A DNA stretch of 64,000 nucleotides from NCBI RefSeq assembly GCF_009914755.1, contig NC_060925.1. One strand, 5' to 3'. Positions 33,401 through 49,880 of the stretch are shown piece by piece. The translations under genes and the position numbers were made by a program. How positions within the stretch are numbered: the first letter of the stretch is position 1; every line of letters begins with the position of its first letter. Under the pieces are notes generated by a model. That model did no database searches. It saw nothing but the letters and a program-made list of their open reading frames with translations, and was not told the origin of the DNA. Source of the stretch: the human T2T-CHM13v2.0 reference genome, Homo sapiens.

Positions 33401-35044
33401 CCACTTGATAGCAAGGAGGTACAATGCTGGGCACATGATGGTAGGATTGGCTTTAATCACATACCGTACTATGCAGAAGCTGCTCCCTGATAGAGTGCTT
33501 GTTAAAAGCACAGCTAAGGCACCGGATTGGAGATGATAACCTGTAAGGAGAAGGCATCATCCTTCATGATGCAGTACATACCTGAGACCAATAGCCATTG
33601 AATAGTGTATCCTTAAGGAAAATATATGGCTCTGGGGAACAAAGGGTGGGTGTAGGAGTAGCCCGCATTATCATCACTCCCAGTGACCCAATTGAAGAAA
33701 CTGTGCCTTCTATCCCAACTCTGGTCTCTAAGGGTTTAGAAGTCCTGGTTCCCAGAAGGGGAATATTTGCACCAGTGAACACACTGAATCTCACTAAACT
33801 TTAAGCTATGGCAGGCACTAGATTACTCCAAATCACTACCAAGAAACAAGGCAAGGAAATGAGTCATTATCAGGAGGTGGGGCTGCTATTACACAGTGGG
33901 GACAGGGAAGAATATATCTGGCACCCAGATCATCCACTTGAGTATGTTTCTCCTTGCCCAATTTTGATGATAAATGAACAAGTGCAGTCATAGTCTGAGA
34001 AGGGCATGATGGCCAGGTACCTCATCTGGTAACCCACGTGAACCAGAGGTACAACCCCCTCAAGGGGGTTGGGGAAAGATCAACAATAGGTAGTAGAGAA
34101 GGGAGGTGAATGCCAGTTGCAAACTCAAGCTACAGCAGCAGAGGCTGTGGCCTGTTCCAGACCTTCCTCTTTTAAGTTTCCCCAGAAAGAGATCCATCAG
34201 AATCCTGAAGAAACCATTCCAGAACTAATGAAACAAATCAGTCTGAGCAGTGCAAAGGGTGGACTGCAGTGTTGACTGTGGTGTGCTGCCCATATTTTCC
34301 CCTTGAGGACTGAAGCTGCTAAGAATGCTGACAGCTGTCACCTGTGCCTCATCCAGGGACCGCCTTTGGCTGAAGTTAGCCACCTCACTCAAGATCATAC
34401 CCCTTTCCTGGTCAAGTGGGGAGATAAGGTCCAGCCCACTTACCCTACTGGGGCATCCTGCAGAGCCATCCTAGTTTGAGCTCCTGATTGACTGAGGCGT
34501 TTGTTAAGACTGCATCAGCTCAATTTCTCCCTCTACCCAATTCTACTGCCTTTACTCCCCAATAGGTGTTGATGCAGATAACTCCTCCCAATAAACTTCC
34601 TGCATGTGAATCTCCAACACAGAGTGTTTTTGCCAAGAACTCAACCTATGGCAGGTATTTAAATGCTTTTTAAGGTTAGCTGTGTGAAATGTGTGCTCGT
34701 TGCTCAATTTCAGAGTTTCGTGATGGTCATGTTGAGAGATGCTGTGTGTGTTTAATTAGCCTACCATTTCAAGGACAATAGGAATGGGGATCATTGAAAT
34801 GGCAAATTTCAGTGGGCTTGGGGCTCATGCTGAGGCTGCAGGTCCTCCCCAAACCTCAGGAGCGTGTCCAGGATGGCAGAACTCTGTGCTTCAGTTTGGG
34901 GGTTAATTCTGGGTGTCCCCAACTCACTAGGGATTAACTGGGGTACAGAAGTGTATGCATCTGCTTCAATCTAGATTAGCGCTTCCTAAATACTGGGGTC
35001 TCTGCAAGTTAATGGAGGCTCAAACCTTTCAGGAAGTTCTGTTA

Positions 35045-35899
<855 letters not shown>

Positions 35900-36258
35900 G
35901 AAAAGGGTGGGGAGGGGAGAAATGCTAAATTTCAGATAGTGCCAGTGCCACACTTGAGTTACAGAGCTCTGTCAAGTATGAAGTTGGCTATAGTTATCAG
36001 TGCAACTACTGATGACAGACTTTCTCATTAGCTGAGATGGGATGAAAGTGTTTAACTGACTCAGAGTGGTAGGTGAGCTCAAATAGGAAAGAAACCAATG
36101 TCTGGTATGGATAGCAAAGGAGTCAATGATCCCATCTTTACTACCCTAAACTGCATGACCTCACATTGTATTTGAGTGACCTTGGCACAATCCACCTGAA
36201 AATGAATGTTTTTTTCTACTAATGAAACTCTGAACTTACAGAAAACTATCTACTTTCA

Positions 36259-36580
36259 GGCCAGGCATGGTGGCTCATGCCTGCCTGTAATCCCAGCACT
36301 TTGGGAGGCCGAGGAGGGTGGATCATGAGGTCAGGAGTTTGAGACCATCCTGGTCAATATGGTGAAACCCCATCTCTACTAAAAATATAAAAAATTAGCC
36401 GGGTGCTGTGGCACATGCCTGTAGTCCCAGCTACTCGGGAGGCTGAGGCAGGAGAATCACTTGAACCAGGGAGGCGGAGGTGCAGTGAGCTGAGATTATG
36501 CCACTGCACTCCAGCCTGGGTGACAGAGCAAGACTCTGTCTCAAAAAAAAAAAAAAAAAGAAAAAGAAAAAGGAAAAAAC
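36259..36580 (+). mobile_element. AluS
   Basis: TSD gaaaactatctactttc / aaaactatctactttc. Confidence 0.92.
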
Positions 36581-37051
36581 TATCTACTTTCGTTTATCTC
36601 CCATCAAGACATCCATTCATCCATTCCAGAGTTACCTTTTGACTAGCTCCCTATCTTAATCTTGGTCTAGAAAATTAAGGTAACTTCTTTTTCAGAATTT
36701 CAGGAGCTGGTTCAAGGAAAAAAGTTCCCTTTTTAAGCTTCTTTCATCCCAGCTTTCCAACAATTACCCTTAGGCCTTACTCAGGTCTTAGAGAAGCAGA
36801 ATCCATTGTGCTTATTCACATTGATGACTACATCAATGTATCTAAGAAGAGTAAGTGTTAAGACCAAACACATCATCAACTTGTTCAGCACAATTTGTTC
36901 ATACCACAGTAACTGTGGGATGCAGTCTAAGATATTCTCTTCTTTCCTTTTTAGCAGCAAACCTCTGTGGCTCAAGGAAATCTCAGTTGGATGTCCTGTC
37001 TCATCTACTCAAGACCAGTAAGCAACACTTACTTAAAAAGAACATATTCTC

Positions 37052-37057
37052 TTTATT
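37052..37057 (-). terminator. MRPL9: MRPL9 polyadenylation signal AATAAA
   Basis: tttatt on the + strand about 380 nt past the stop codon. Confidence 0.7.
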
Positions 37058-37435
37058 TCTGCTTGGGATACAAATGTTCAGTTTGGATGATGAGAATGAG
37101 GCAAGTACTGGAGACAATGGCTGGCTCTCCTGTTTGTCCCAATAAACTCCAATGGAGGAAGAAGCTAAACAGGTTTTGGATGGTTTCGGTCTACTGCATC
37201 TAGCTTATCAAATCTACAGCCTGGTACTTCTGGAACAGGACTTCCCTGCCCCAGTGATGACAGTTAAAGATGGCAAAAATGAAGAATTCAACATGTATAC
37301 GCAGTGCAGTCTGATGTCTTCAGATGTTCTCTAAAATTCTGTATTTGGTCAGAGCTGGGAGTGAGATCAGGGTGCTTGCACATTTCTGCTCCACTGCTCC
37401 CGATTCTGCTTTGCTGCCTTGGAGGGAGAGTAGAT

Positions 37436-41110
<3,675 letters not shown>

Positions 41111-41489
41111 TCTTGAAAGTGTGGGCTTTGCTGTAGCTCCAGTTGCTGGGCTAACTTTTAATTCTAACGTTCTGTGATGACGATACTGACCGGAGAATGA
41201 ATGATGCTCTCACTTTTCCTTACTTCAAATCTACCTAAAAGTGGTAAAGGATGGGATCCCTTGGAAAACTCTGCCAGCTCCAGGAGGAGCCTGACCCTTA
41301 ATCATTATACTGCAGTATTTAAGCTAATAAAGGAGAATTCTAAATCACAAGCTATGTAAACCGTAGAAAAAAAAGCAACTATGGTAAGGCCGCGACAGTT
41401 CCCTCTGGGGAGGGTCTCAGTACTGGACAGAAGACCATAAAAACTGGATGAAAGAAGGTCCATTTGGCAGAGATTATGGAAAGACTGGC

Positions 41490-43010
41490 CCTTAAACATA
41501 CTGACCAGTCCTCCTTCCTCCTAAATACACTACTTGGCCTCCTGGACACCGGTCTTCTTCAGTCTCGTTTGCTGATTTCTCCTTTTCTCCCCGCTTCTTA
41601 GAATGCCCTCGGGACTCCGTTTTTGAACCTTTACTCTTCTCAGTATACACTCACTGTTGATCTCATCCAGTCTCGTGGCTTACAATACCATTTATAAGCC
41701 AATGACTCCCAAATTTCTAGTTCCATCCTAGACATCTCCCAAACTCGTCTCAAATATTCAACTGTTTATTCGTCATTTTCCTCTTACGTATCCAAAGGAC
41801 ACCTCAAAGTTAACTGTCCCAAACTAATTTATTTATTCCCCCCTCGCCCCCAAAACTGCCCCATCTGCAGCCTTTTTCCTCTCAGTTGACAGAAACTCCA
41901 TTCTTTCCATTCTAACTCTTTTCTCTCATACTCCATCAGGAAATCCTGTGGGTTCTACCTTTAAATTACAGATAGTCCCTGACTTGGATTTACAATTTTT
42001 GAGTTTGTGATGGTGTGAAAGTGATGTGCACTCAGTAGGACATCAATAAGTTACATGAAATATTCAACACTTTATTATAAAATAGGCTTTGTGTTAGATG
42101 ATTTTACCCAACTGTCGGATAAGTTGTCTGAGCATGTTTAAGATAGGCTAGGCTAAGCTATGGTGTTTGGTAGGTGTATTATGTGCATTTTCAACTTATG
42201 ATACTTTCAACATACGATGGGTTTATCAGGACATAACCCTATTTTAAGTCAAGGAGCACATGTATTTCCAGAATCCAGCCACTTGTCACCACCTCCAATG
42301 CTCTACCTTGGAATAAGACACTACTTTCTCCTGGATTACTGCAATAGTCCCCTAAAAGATATCCCTTAATTCTCTACAGTTTATAATTCTATGTAGCTTA
42401 TTTATAGCAGCCAGAATGATCTTTTTAAAGCATAAGTCAGATCATGTCATTCTTCCACCCAAAACTTTGTAATGACTTCCTCCTTTACTCAAGGTAAAAG
42501 AAAAAGGCCATCAGATGGTCTACAAGGCCATACATACTCTGACCCCATTAGCTCCTCTCTAATTTACACTGCTCCACCCACAGTGGCCTCCTTGTTTCTT
42601 GAAAACACCAGGCACGTTTCCTGCTCAGGGCTTTTGCACTGGCTGCTTTTGCGTTGGATGCTCTTATCCTCAGATGCTGGCTTGGTTAACAACCTCACAT
42701 CCTCCAAGTGTTTAATTAAATGTCAGTTTTTTTCAGTGAGAGATCACCCTATTTCTTACTGTAACCCTGACCCATCCCCTTCACATTCCTTATCTTCCTT
42801 TATCTTGCTCTATTCCCCCCACCCCATAGCAGTTACCTTCTAACATACTAAACAATTTACTATGTTTATTTTCTAGGTTTGTCCTCTCACTTTTAGAAGA
42901 TACGTTCCATAGGGCAGGGATTTGTTTTGTTCACTGATGTATCATCTCAAGCACCTAGAATAGTGCCTGGCTAATAGTAGACCCTCAATAAATATTTGTT
43001 GAATGGATAA
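41490..43010 (+). mobile_element. L2 with a nested MER47A-like Tigger element (41969-42262)
   Basis: L2 3' end ...tagtgcctggc...tcaataaatatttgttgaatg. The insert has CAG..(C)ATG ends flanked by TA and the MER47 core aggctaggctaagctatg. Confidence 0.75.
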
Positions 43011-43091
43011 ATATGCAGAGGTCTCAAAGTGGCAGTCCCAGAACCAAATTTTGCTTACAATGTTGTTTTTTTATCAACAATTTTTTAGTAG

Positions 43092-43391
<300 letters not shown>

Positions 43392-43980
43392 AGTAGTCGA
43401 TATTTTTTAAAATTGGTGAGATTTACTACAAAACTGTCTTTCCAGTTTCTGTTCAAAAATCATACGATACAGCACCATCAAGTCTGCATTCTTGCATGGA
43501 ACTGGATGGAATTGAGTTGTGTGGACTTCCTTTAGATAACGTGTGAGCTTTCCTATTTTGCTACAGCCCTACCCTGCCACTCCACTAATTTCCATAAGCT
43601 GTCTAGGCCCCTGAAGGGGCCTAGACAATTAGTTTGCAATTCCTACCCTACAAGGATCCTGGGTTATTAAGGGTAGGGATGATAATAAAAATACTCAACT
43701 GGTATGAACTGGGAACCAACTAATCAGGTCACCACTGGATCAGAGCCTTGGAAGAGTCAGATACCAACTCTTTACTTGCTGGATTTTGGGGGAAGGGGAG
43801 TGTCCACAGAGGAGCAGGGTGGGTGGGCACAAGTGCTCAGGCAGGGCTTTTGGCCAACCAGTACAGAAGTCTTCAAGTTCTATTTTTTAATCATTCATAC
43901 AGCCATAACATGCATACTAGTCGAATATGAGCCTTGGATAAGGGATTAGGGTAGATAAGCAGCAGAGTGGAGTCCTGAGG

Positions 43981-44011
43981 TGACATAAGGGCTGACCCCT
44001 TATCCATGTCA
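43981..44011 (+). promoter_or_regulatory. OAZ3: OAZ3 proximal promoter: paired CRE-like elements in an inverted repeat
   Basis: TGACATAA (43981-43988) and an inverted CCATGTCA (44004-44011), about 100 nt upstream of the CUG, with no TATA box. CREM-tau/CRE control is typical of spermatid genes. Confidence 0.5.
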
Positions 44012-44107
44012 TAGTGCCCACTGGGTCACAATGCCACCAGGTTGCCTAAACCTCTGCCACCCACCTGTGAACTTCACTTTGCCACAGGGAGGCACTGAAC
44101 TGAAAAA

Positions 44108-47100
44108 CTGCCTTGTAAGAGGTGTCGCCCCTCTGTCTACTCCCTTTCTTATATCAAGAGGGGAAAAACACGTAACTACCTCTACCCGATCTGGTCACCA
44201 TACGCCTATTACCTTTACTGTTACAAGTACCGGATCACTCTCCGGGAGAAGATGCTGCCTCGTTGTTATAAAAGGTACTTGTTTTCATCTCTATTTGTAG
44301 TTGTTTATATAAAATGTAAGGAAAAAGTAAAAGAATTTGAAAGAATTTCCCAAATGGCAAGAAATAACAACAGAATAGGGGGTGGAAAGCTGGCATGGAA
44401 CTTTAGAATTTTTCCATCTGGTTGGGCCCAGGAACATAGAAACAGGCTGGACAACAGAAAATACAGAAGATCATGCCAGAGCCTGGTACTGTGTATCTTC
44501 CCACCTCAGATTCCAAGATAAACTAATTTGGGTCTCTTTCCCAACCAGCATCACTTATAAGGAAGAGGAGGACTTGACACTCCAGCCCCGTTCCTGCCTC
44601 CAGTGCTCCTGAGTCCCTAGTAGGCCTCCAGGAGGGCAAAAGCACCGAGCAGGGTAACCACGACCAGCTTAAAGAACTGTATTCGGTAAGTGGACTGTGA
44701 GCTAGTGCTGTGACAGGGCAACCCTTTTCTTGCATACCTTGCAGAGGAGGGACATTAGCAAGTTGGAAGATGAATTACAGAGGTAGATGGAATCTTGGAA
44801 CGCATGTGTAAAAGCTACTTGCTATATAGACAAGCATTCTGGCCCACAGACTGTAAAATCAAGGTCATACAGATGGTAGTGAAAATCAGGATTGGGAAAA
44901 GAGGGAGTGGGGACAAAGGTAAAACAAACTCTGTAGGACTTCTGGGACATAAAGCTGTTTATGCCAAGATCCTGCTTAAAGATGCTAAGCAGGATCTGGA
45001 ATCCAGAACTTGCCCACATATCATATTGCAATAACAAGCCTGGTTGTAACCATGGCATTTTAAATAGAAGAATTTAGAGAAAACCCATATAATGAAAAAA
45101 GTGGAAATTATTAGTGAGAAAGGAAGCACATTATAAAGCTTTGTTTAAATCCTAAGCTCTCTGATGTAAACATTTCTAAGTTCCTAAATGGTTATTGTAC
45201 TCCTGGGTTGAAGTCAACAGGCAGTAATACTGCCTCAGCTGGATTGTTTGATATAAAGGAGAACTCCACAATAGGCATAGGCTATTAGTTCCTGGGACTA
45301 AGGGATATTATTGCATCTTTAAGATCTTGACTCCAATTCTCCCAGGCTCTCCCCATCAATGCCCACCTTGCTTCAACGGACACACCCCAATCTGCCTGAG
45401 GTCTGATTTGAAGACTAGAGGAGCATTTTTACTCCTTTTCCAGGCTGGGAACTTGACGGTGCTGGCTACTGACCCCCTGCTCCACCAGGACCCAGTACAG
45501 TTAGACTTTCACTTCCGCCTTACCTCCCAGACCTCTGCCCATTGGCACGGCCTTCTCTGTGACCGTCGACTCTTCCTGGATATCCCATATCAGGCCTTGG
45601 ATCAAGGCAACCGGGAAAGGTGACTGAGCCTGGATGGGAGAATGGGGAGGGAATAGGTAGGGGATTTCACCCTTCTATCATGTCATAGTACATAAGGCTA
45701 ATTCTGGAGCTAGATATAAGCAATCCATTCACCTGGCATGCAGACAAGCCTGTGAGCTGAGCCAGGATCTGGGGTTCAAGGGATAAGAGTCCATGGGAAG
45801 CTGGACTCAGATCCAGAAATAGTTGAATAACGGGAAGTACTTTCTAGCTGTTCATCTCAGTAGTCCTTTCTCCCCAGACCCCTTCTGTGGCTTACATCCA
45901 GTGATGTGCAATCTCTTGGCTTCCAAGAAAAATCTACCAAAACTAGTTTAGCAACTTTCATTTCCTGGCTTGGGTGGGTGGAGGGCAGAAAACGACCAAT
46001 AATATTTTTACTGCTCCAAGTAGGTGTCTTTCTGGATTCTGAGTTGGCCAAATTTTTTTTTCCCAGTATTTATTGATCATTCTTGGGTGTTTCTCACAGA
46101 GGGGGATTTGGCAGGGTCATAGGACAATAGTGGAGGGAAGGTCAGCAGATAAACAAGTGAACAAGGGTCTCTGGTTTTCCTAGGCAGAGGACCCTGCGGC
46201 CTTCCGCAGTGTTTGTGTCCCTGGGTACTTGAGATTAGGGAGTGGTGATGACTCTTAACGAGCATGCTGCCTTCAAGCATCTGTTTAACAAAGCACATCT
46301 TGCACCGCCCTTAATCCATTTAACCCTGAGTGGACACAGCACGTTTCAGAGAGCATGGGGTTAGGGGTAAGGTTATAGATTAACAGCATCCCAAGGCAGA
46401 AGAATTTTTCTTAGTACAGAACAAAATGGAGTCTCCTATGTCTACTTCTTTCTACACAGACACAGCAACAATCTGATTTCTCTATCTTTTCCCCACATTT
46501 CCCCCTTTTCTATTCGACAAAACCGCCATCGTCATCATGGCCCATTCTCAATGAGCTCTTGGGTACACCTCCCAGACGGGGTGGCGGCCGGGCAGAGGGG
46601 CTCACTTCCCAGAAGGGGCGGCCGGGCAGACGCACCCCCCACCTCCCGGAGGGGGCGGTGGCCGGGTGGGGACTGCCCCCCACCTCCCTCCCGGACGGGG
46701 CGGCTGACCGGGCGGGGGCTGCCCCCCACCTCCCTCCCGGACGGGGCGGCTGACCGGGCGGGGGCTGCCCCCCACCTCCCTCCCAGACGGGGCGGCTGAC
46801 CGGGCGGGGGCTGCCCCCCACCTCCCGGACGGGGCAGCTGCCGGGCGGAGACGCTCCTCACTTCCCAGACGAGGCGGCTGCCGGGCGGAGGGGCTCCTCA
46901 CTTCTCAGACAGGGCGGACGGGCAGAGATGCTCCTCACCTCCCAGATGGGGTCGCGGCTGGGCAGAGACACTCCTCAGTTCCCAGACAGGGTCGTGGCCG
47001 GGTAGAGGCGCTCCCCACATCCCAGACGATGGGCGGCTGGGCGGAGACGCTCCTCACTTCCTAGACGGGATGACGGCCGGGCAGAGGCGCTCCTCACATC

Positions 47101-48696
47101 CCAGACGATGGGCGGCCAGGCAGAGACGCTCCTCACTTCCCAGACGGGGTGGTGGCCGGGCAGAGGCTGCAATCTCGGCACTTTGGGAGGCCAAGGCAGG
47201 CGGCTGGGAGGTGGAGGTTGTAGCGAGCCGAGATCACGCCACTGCACTCCAGCCTGGGCAACACTGAGCACTGAGTGAACGAGGCTCCGTCTGCAATCCC
47301 GGCACCTCAGGAGGCCGAGGCTGGCAGATCACTCGCGGTTAGGAGCTGGAGACCAGCCCGGCCAACACAGCGAAACCCCGTCTCCACCAAAATACGAAAA
47401 CCAGTCAGGCGTGGCGGCACGGCCTGCAATCCCAGGCACTCAGCAGGCTGAGGCAGGAGAATCAGGCAGGGAGGTTGCAGTGAGCCGAGATGGCAGCAGT
47501 ACAGTCCAGCTTCGGCTTTCACAACTTTGGTGGCATCAGAGGGAGACCGTGGAGAGAGAGGGAGAGGGAGACCATGGGGAGACGGAGACGGAGAGGGAGA
47601 GGGAGAGGGAGCGGCCAAACATTTTAACTGTTTTTCTGTGGCTCCTAGTTTGACTGCAACCCTGGAGTACGTGGAAGAGAAGACAAATGTGGACTCTGTG
47701 TTTGTGAACTTCCAGAATGATCGGAACGACAGAGGTGGGGATCTGCTGTTCTTCCTTGCTTTTCGCGCTGAGGCAGCTGGATAACTCCTTTTCCTTTACA
47801 GGAGACCCTCTTCCCCTGTCTTTAAAAATGCACCCTCAGGCATTTCAGGGATTCTTTTCTTCCCACCTACCACGAAGGTGGGAAGTTGTAACTTGTTCCA
47901 TCAAGTTACAACTGGACTCTGAGGAAGCCCCTGCAGGTGGTGTTAGGGGCCAGACTGAAGGAGCACTGGTGAAATTACACAGAATCCATTCAAGGGATGT
48001 GGCCAGCAGGACAAAATGGATCTCAAACATATGGAGCACCTACAATGTGAAAGGGTCAGACATAAGGCCAAGGGAACGGGGACATATTTAACCGGATGCC
48101 TGGAGCATATGTTACAGAAACTATAGCCTCTTGCCTCAAGGAGCTCAAACTCTGTTGGATATAAGGGATGGTGAATAACCATTCATAAGTGATAGATACT
48201 ATTTCAGAGCTTACTATGCCATCATTGTATTAGTATATAGGTAGACCTCACTAATCTCTAGTGTTAAGCACTTCATGAACATCTCATTTCATCTTAAATT
48301 CTGTGAGGAGGAAGGTTCTATGATTTATAAATGGAAAATTCTATAGATGGAAACTGAAGTTCTGCAGGACTAACTCACAGAACAAGTGTTAAAACCAGAG
48401 TTAGAGCCTAGGTCTGTTGGACTAAAGCACATCCTATATGCCTGCACTACACTGCTTCCCAGGGCCACTCCCTAGTGGAAGAAATCAAATCTGGGGGCAT
48501 ACATGTATTGAGTTTTAAAGCATGTTCTAATCATTTGTTCTATCCTTTCACAGGTGCCCTGCTGCGGGCCTTCAGCTACATGGGCTTTGAGGTGGTCAGA
48601 CCAGATCACCCTGCCCTCCCTCCCTTGGACAATGTCATCTTTATGGTGTATCCCCTTGAAAGGGATGTTGGCCACCTGCCCAGTGAGCCTCCTTGA
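44108..48696 (+). CDS. OAZ3: Ornithine decarboxylase antizyme 3; CUG initiation and +1 programmed ribosomal frameshift
   Basis: Exons 44108-44274, 44549-44685 (T44610 skipped at TCC-TGA), 45444-45619, 47649-47734, 48554-48696. CTG 44108 (in-frame ATG 44252) opens ORF1, which ends ...CLQCS*. The +1 frame gives ESLVGL...KELYSAGNL...ESLTATLEYVEEK...ALLRAFSYMGFEVVRPDHP...FMVYPLE..SEPP*, a canonical antizyme domain. Confidence 0.97.
44607..44613 (+). other. OAZ3: +1 ribosomal frameshift site TCC-TGA-G
   Basis: UCC UGA is the conserved metazoan antizyme shift site; ORF2 continues GAG TCC CTA in the +1 frame. Confidence 0.95.
46053..47612 (-). mobile_element. SVA retrotransposon (older, SVA_B-like) in an OAZ3 intron
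   Basis: On the minus strand: short (CCCTCT)n head (about 47590-47611), Alu-like region, GC-rich VNTR (about 46570-47160), SINE-R, AATAAA and a short poly-A (T-run 46053-46061). Imperfect TSD ggccaaa(ca)tttt. The subfamily call rests on the recalled diagnostic ggttatagattaacagcatccc. Confidence 0.95.
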
Positions 48697-48787
48697 ACAT
48701 GCTTATTCCAACGCTTTGAGGGGCTGGAAGCCTTGACACATGGAATCAGGGGCCCGGGATGTGATTCAGGACACTTTCCATCCTAGG

Positions 48788-48793
48788 AATAAA
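48788..48793 (+). terminator. OAZ3: OAZ3 polyadenylation signal AATAAA
   Basis: 91 nt after the stop codon, followed by GT-rich sequence. Confidence 0.8.
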
Positions 48794-49571
48794 GGGTAGT
48801 GCAATCATCAAGTGTTCACGGTTTCTTGGGGGGGTGGGTAATAGGGTTGACTGGAGTGGGATATACACCTTAACAGAGCTAAATTCACTGAAAAGATCAC
48901 AGGGACCTGAACTACGGAGGAAAGTACCTAAGGATTTTTGGTTCCCTTTGCCTTCCTCCATGCCCCAAACTATTTCCCCATTTATTCTAACCATTTACTG
49001 AGCACTAATCAGTGAACTTCCTAGTTCAGAAAGACTGAGCTTTGTTAGGCTGTTTTTATCCATATATTTCAGTTGAGGTGCTATAGATGTGGAGAAAACC
49101 AGAGAAGGCACATAGATCTCTTGGCTTTGGCCCAAGTTGGGGGATCTCAACGGACAGAATAGGTAACATAGAAGAGGGCATTCCAGGCAGCAGGAAAAGT
49201 ACTGGGTTATACTAACAGAATGACAAAGAACCCATCAGAATGGGCTGTAAACAGGTAAGACTTAAAGGCATATTAAAGAAAAAGACTTTTATACATAGTA
49301 ACAAACTGCAGGTAAGAATGAGACATTACTCATTTTCCAGGGTAGGAAGTCTTATGAATGATTTATATCAGGGAACCTCTAAAGAGTAAAGGTTCCCTAC
49401 GGAACTCTGGTAGCACCAGTTCCAGGGCTGAGCATGCTTCAGCGAGTTCATTGCAGGCAACATCTGAAACATCAAATAAATGGAAGCTCCTTAAAGATTC
49501 CTCCAAGAGTACCTGAACTACTCACCAGAACTGTTCCTTCACTAGAGCCTTTCTGCTAATTGGGACTGAGA

Positions 49572-49880
49572 TTTTTCTTTTCTTTTTTTGGAGACAGCAT
49601 CTTGCTGTGTCACACAGGCTGGAGTGGAGTGGTGCAATCTTGGCTCACTCACTGCACCCTCTGCTTCCCTGGGCTCAAGCGATCCTCCCACCTCAGCCTC
49701 TCAAGTAGCTAGGACCACAGGCACACACCACCATGCCTGGCTAATTTTTTTGTATTTTTGGTAGAGATGGGGTTTCAGCATGGTGCCAGGCTGGTCTCGA
49801 ACTCCTGAGCTCAAGCAATCTGCCCGCCTCGGCCTCCCAAAGTGTTGGGATTATAGGTGTGAGCCACCAGTGCCTGGCTA
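49572..49880 (-). mobile_element. AluJ-like
   Basis: Reverse Alu; TSD actgagatttttct. Confidence 0.9.

Noticed and set aside
44031-44300. Upstream ATG in the OAZ3 ORF2 frame that might bypass the frameshift
   Set aside because: After splicing this frame stops at TGA 44575-44577, before ORF2, and the ATG may lie upstream of the TSS
46077-47784. Cluster of Pro/Gly/Arg-rich ORFs
   Set aside because: These are translations of SVA VNTR, Alu-like and SINE-R sequence
48472-48675. Minus-strand ORF over the last OAZ3 exon as an extended TDRKH C-terminus
   Set aside because: Open antisense frames are common opposite coding exons, and I could not establish a splice path from TDRKH using sequence alone
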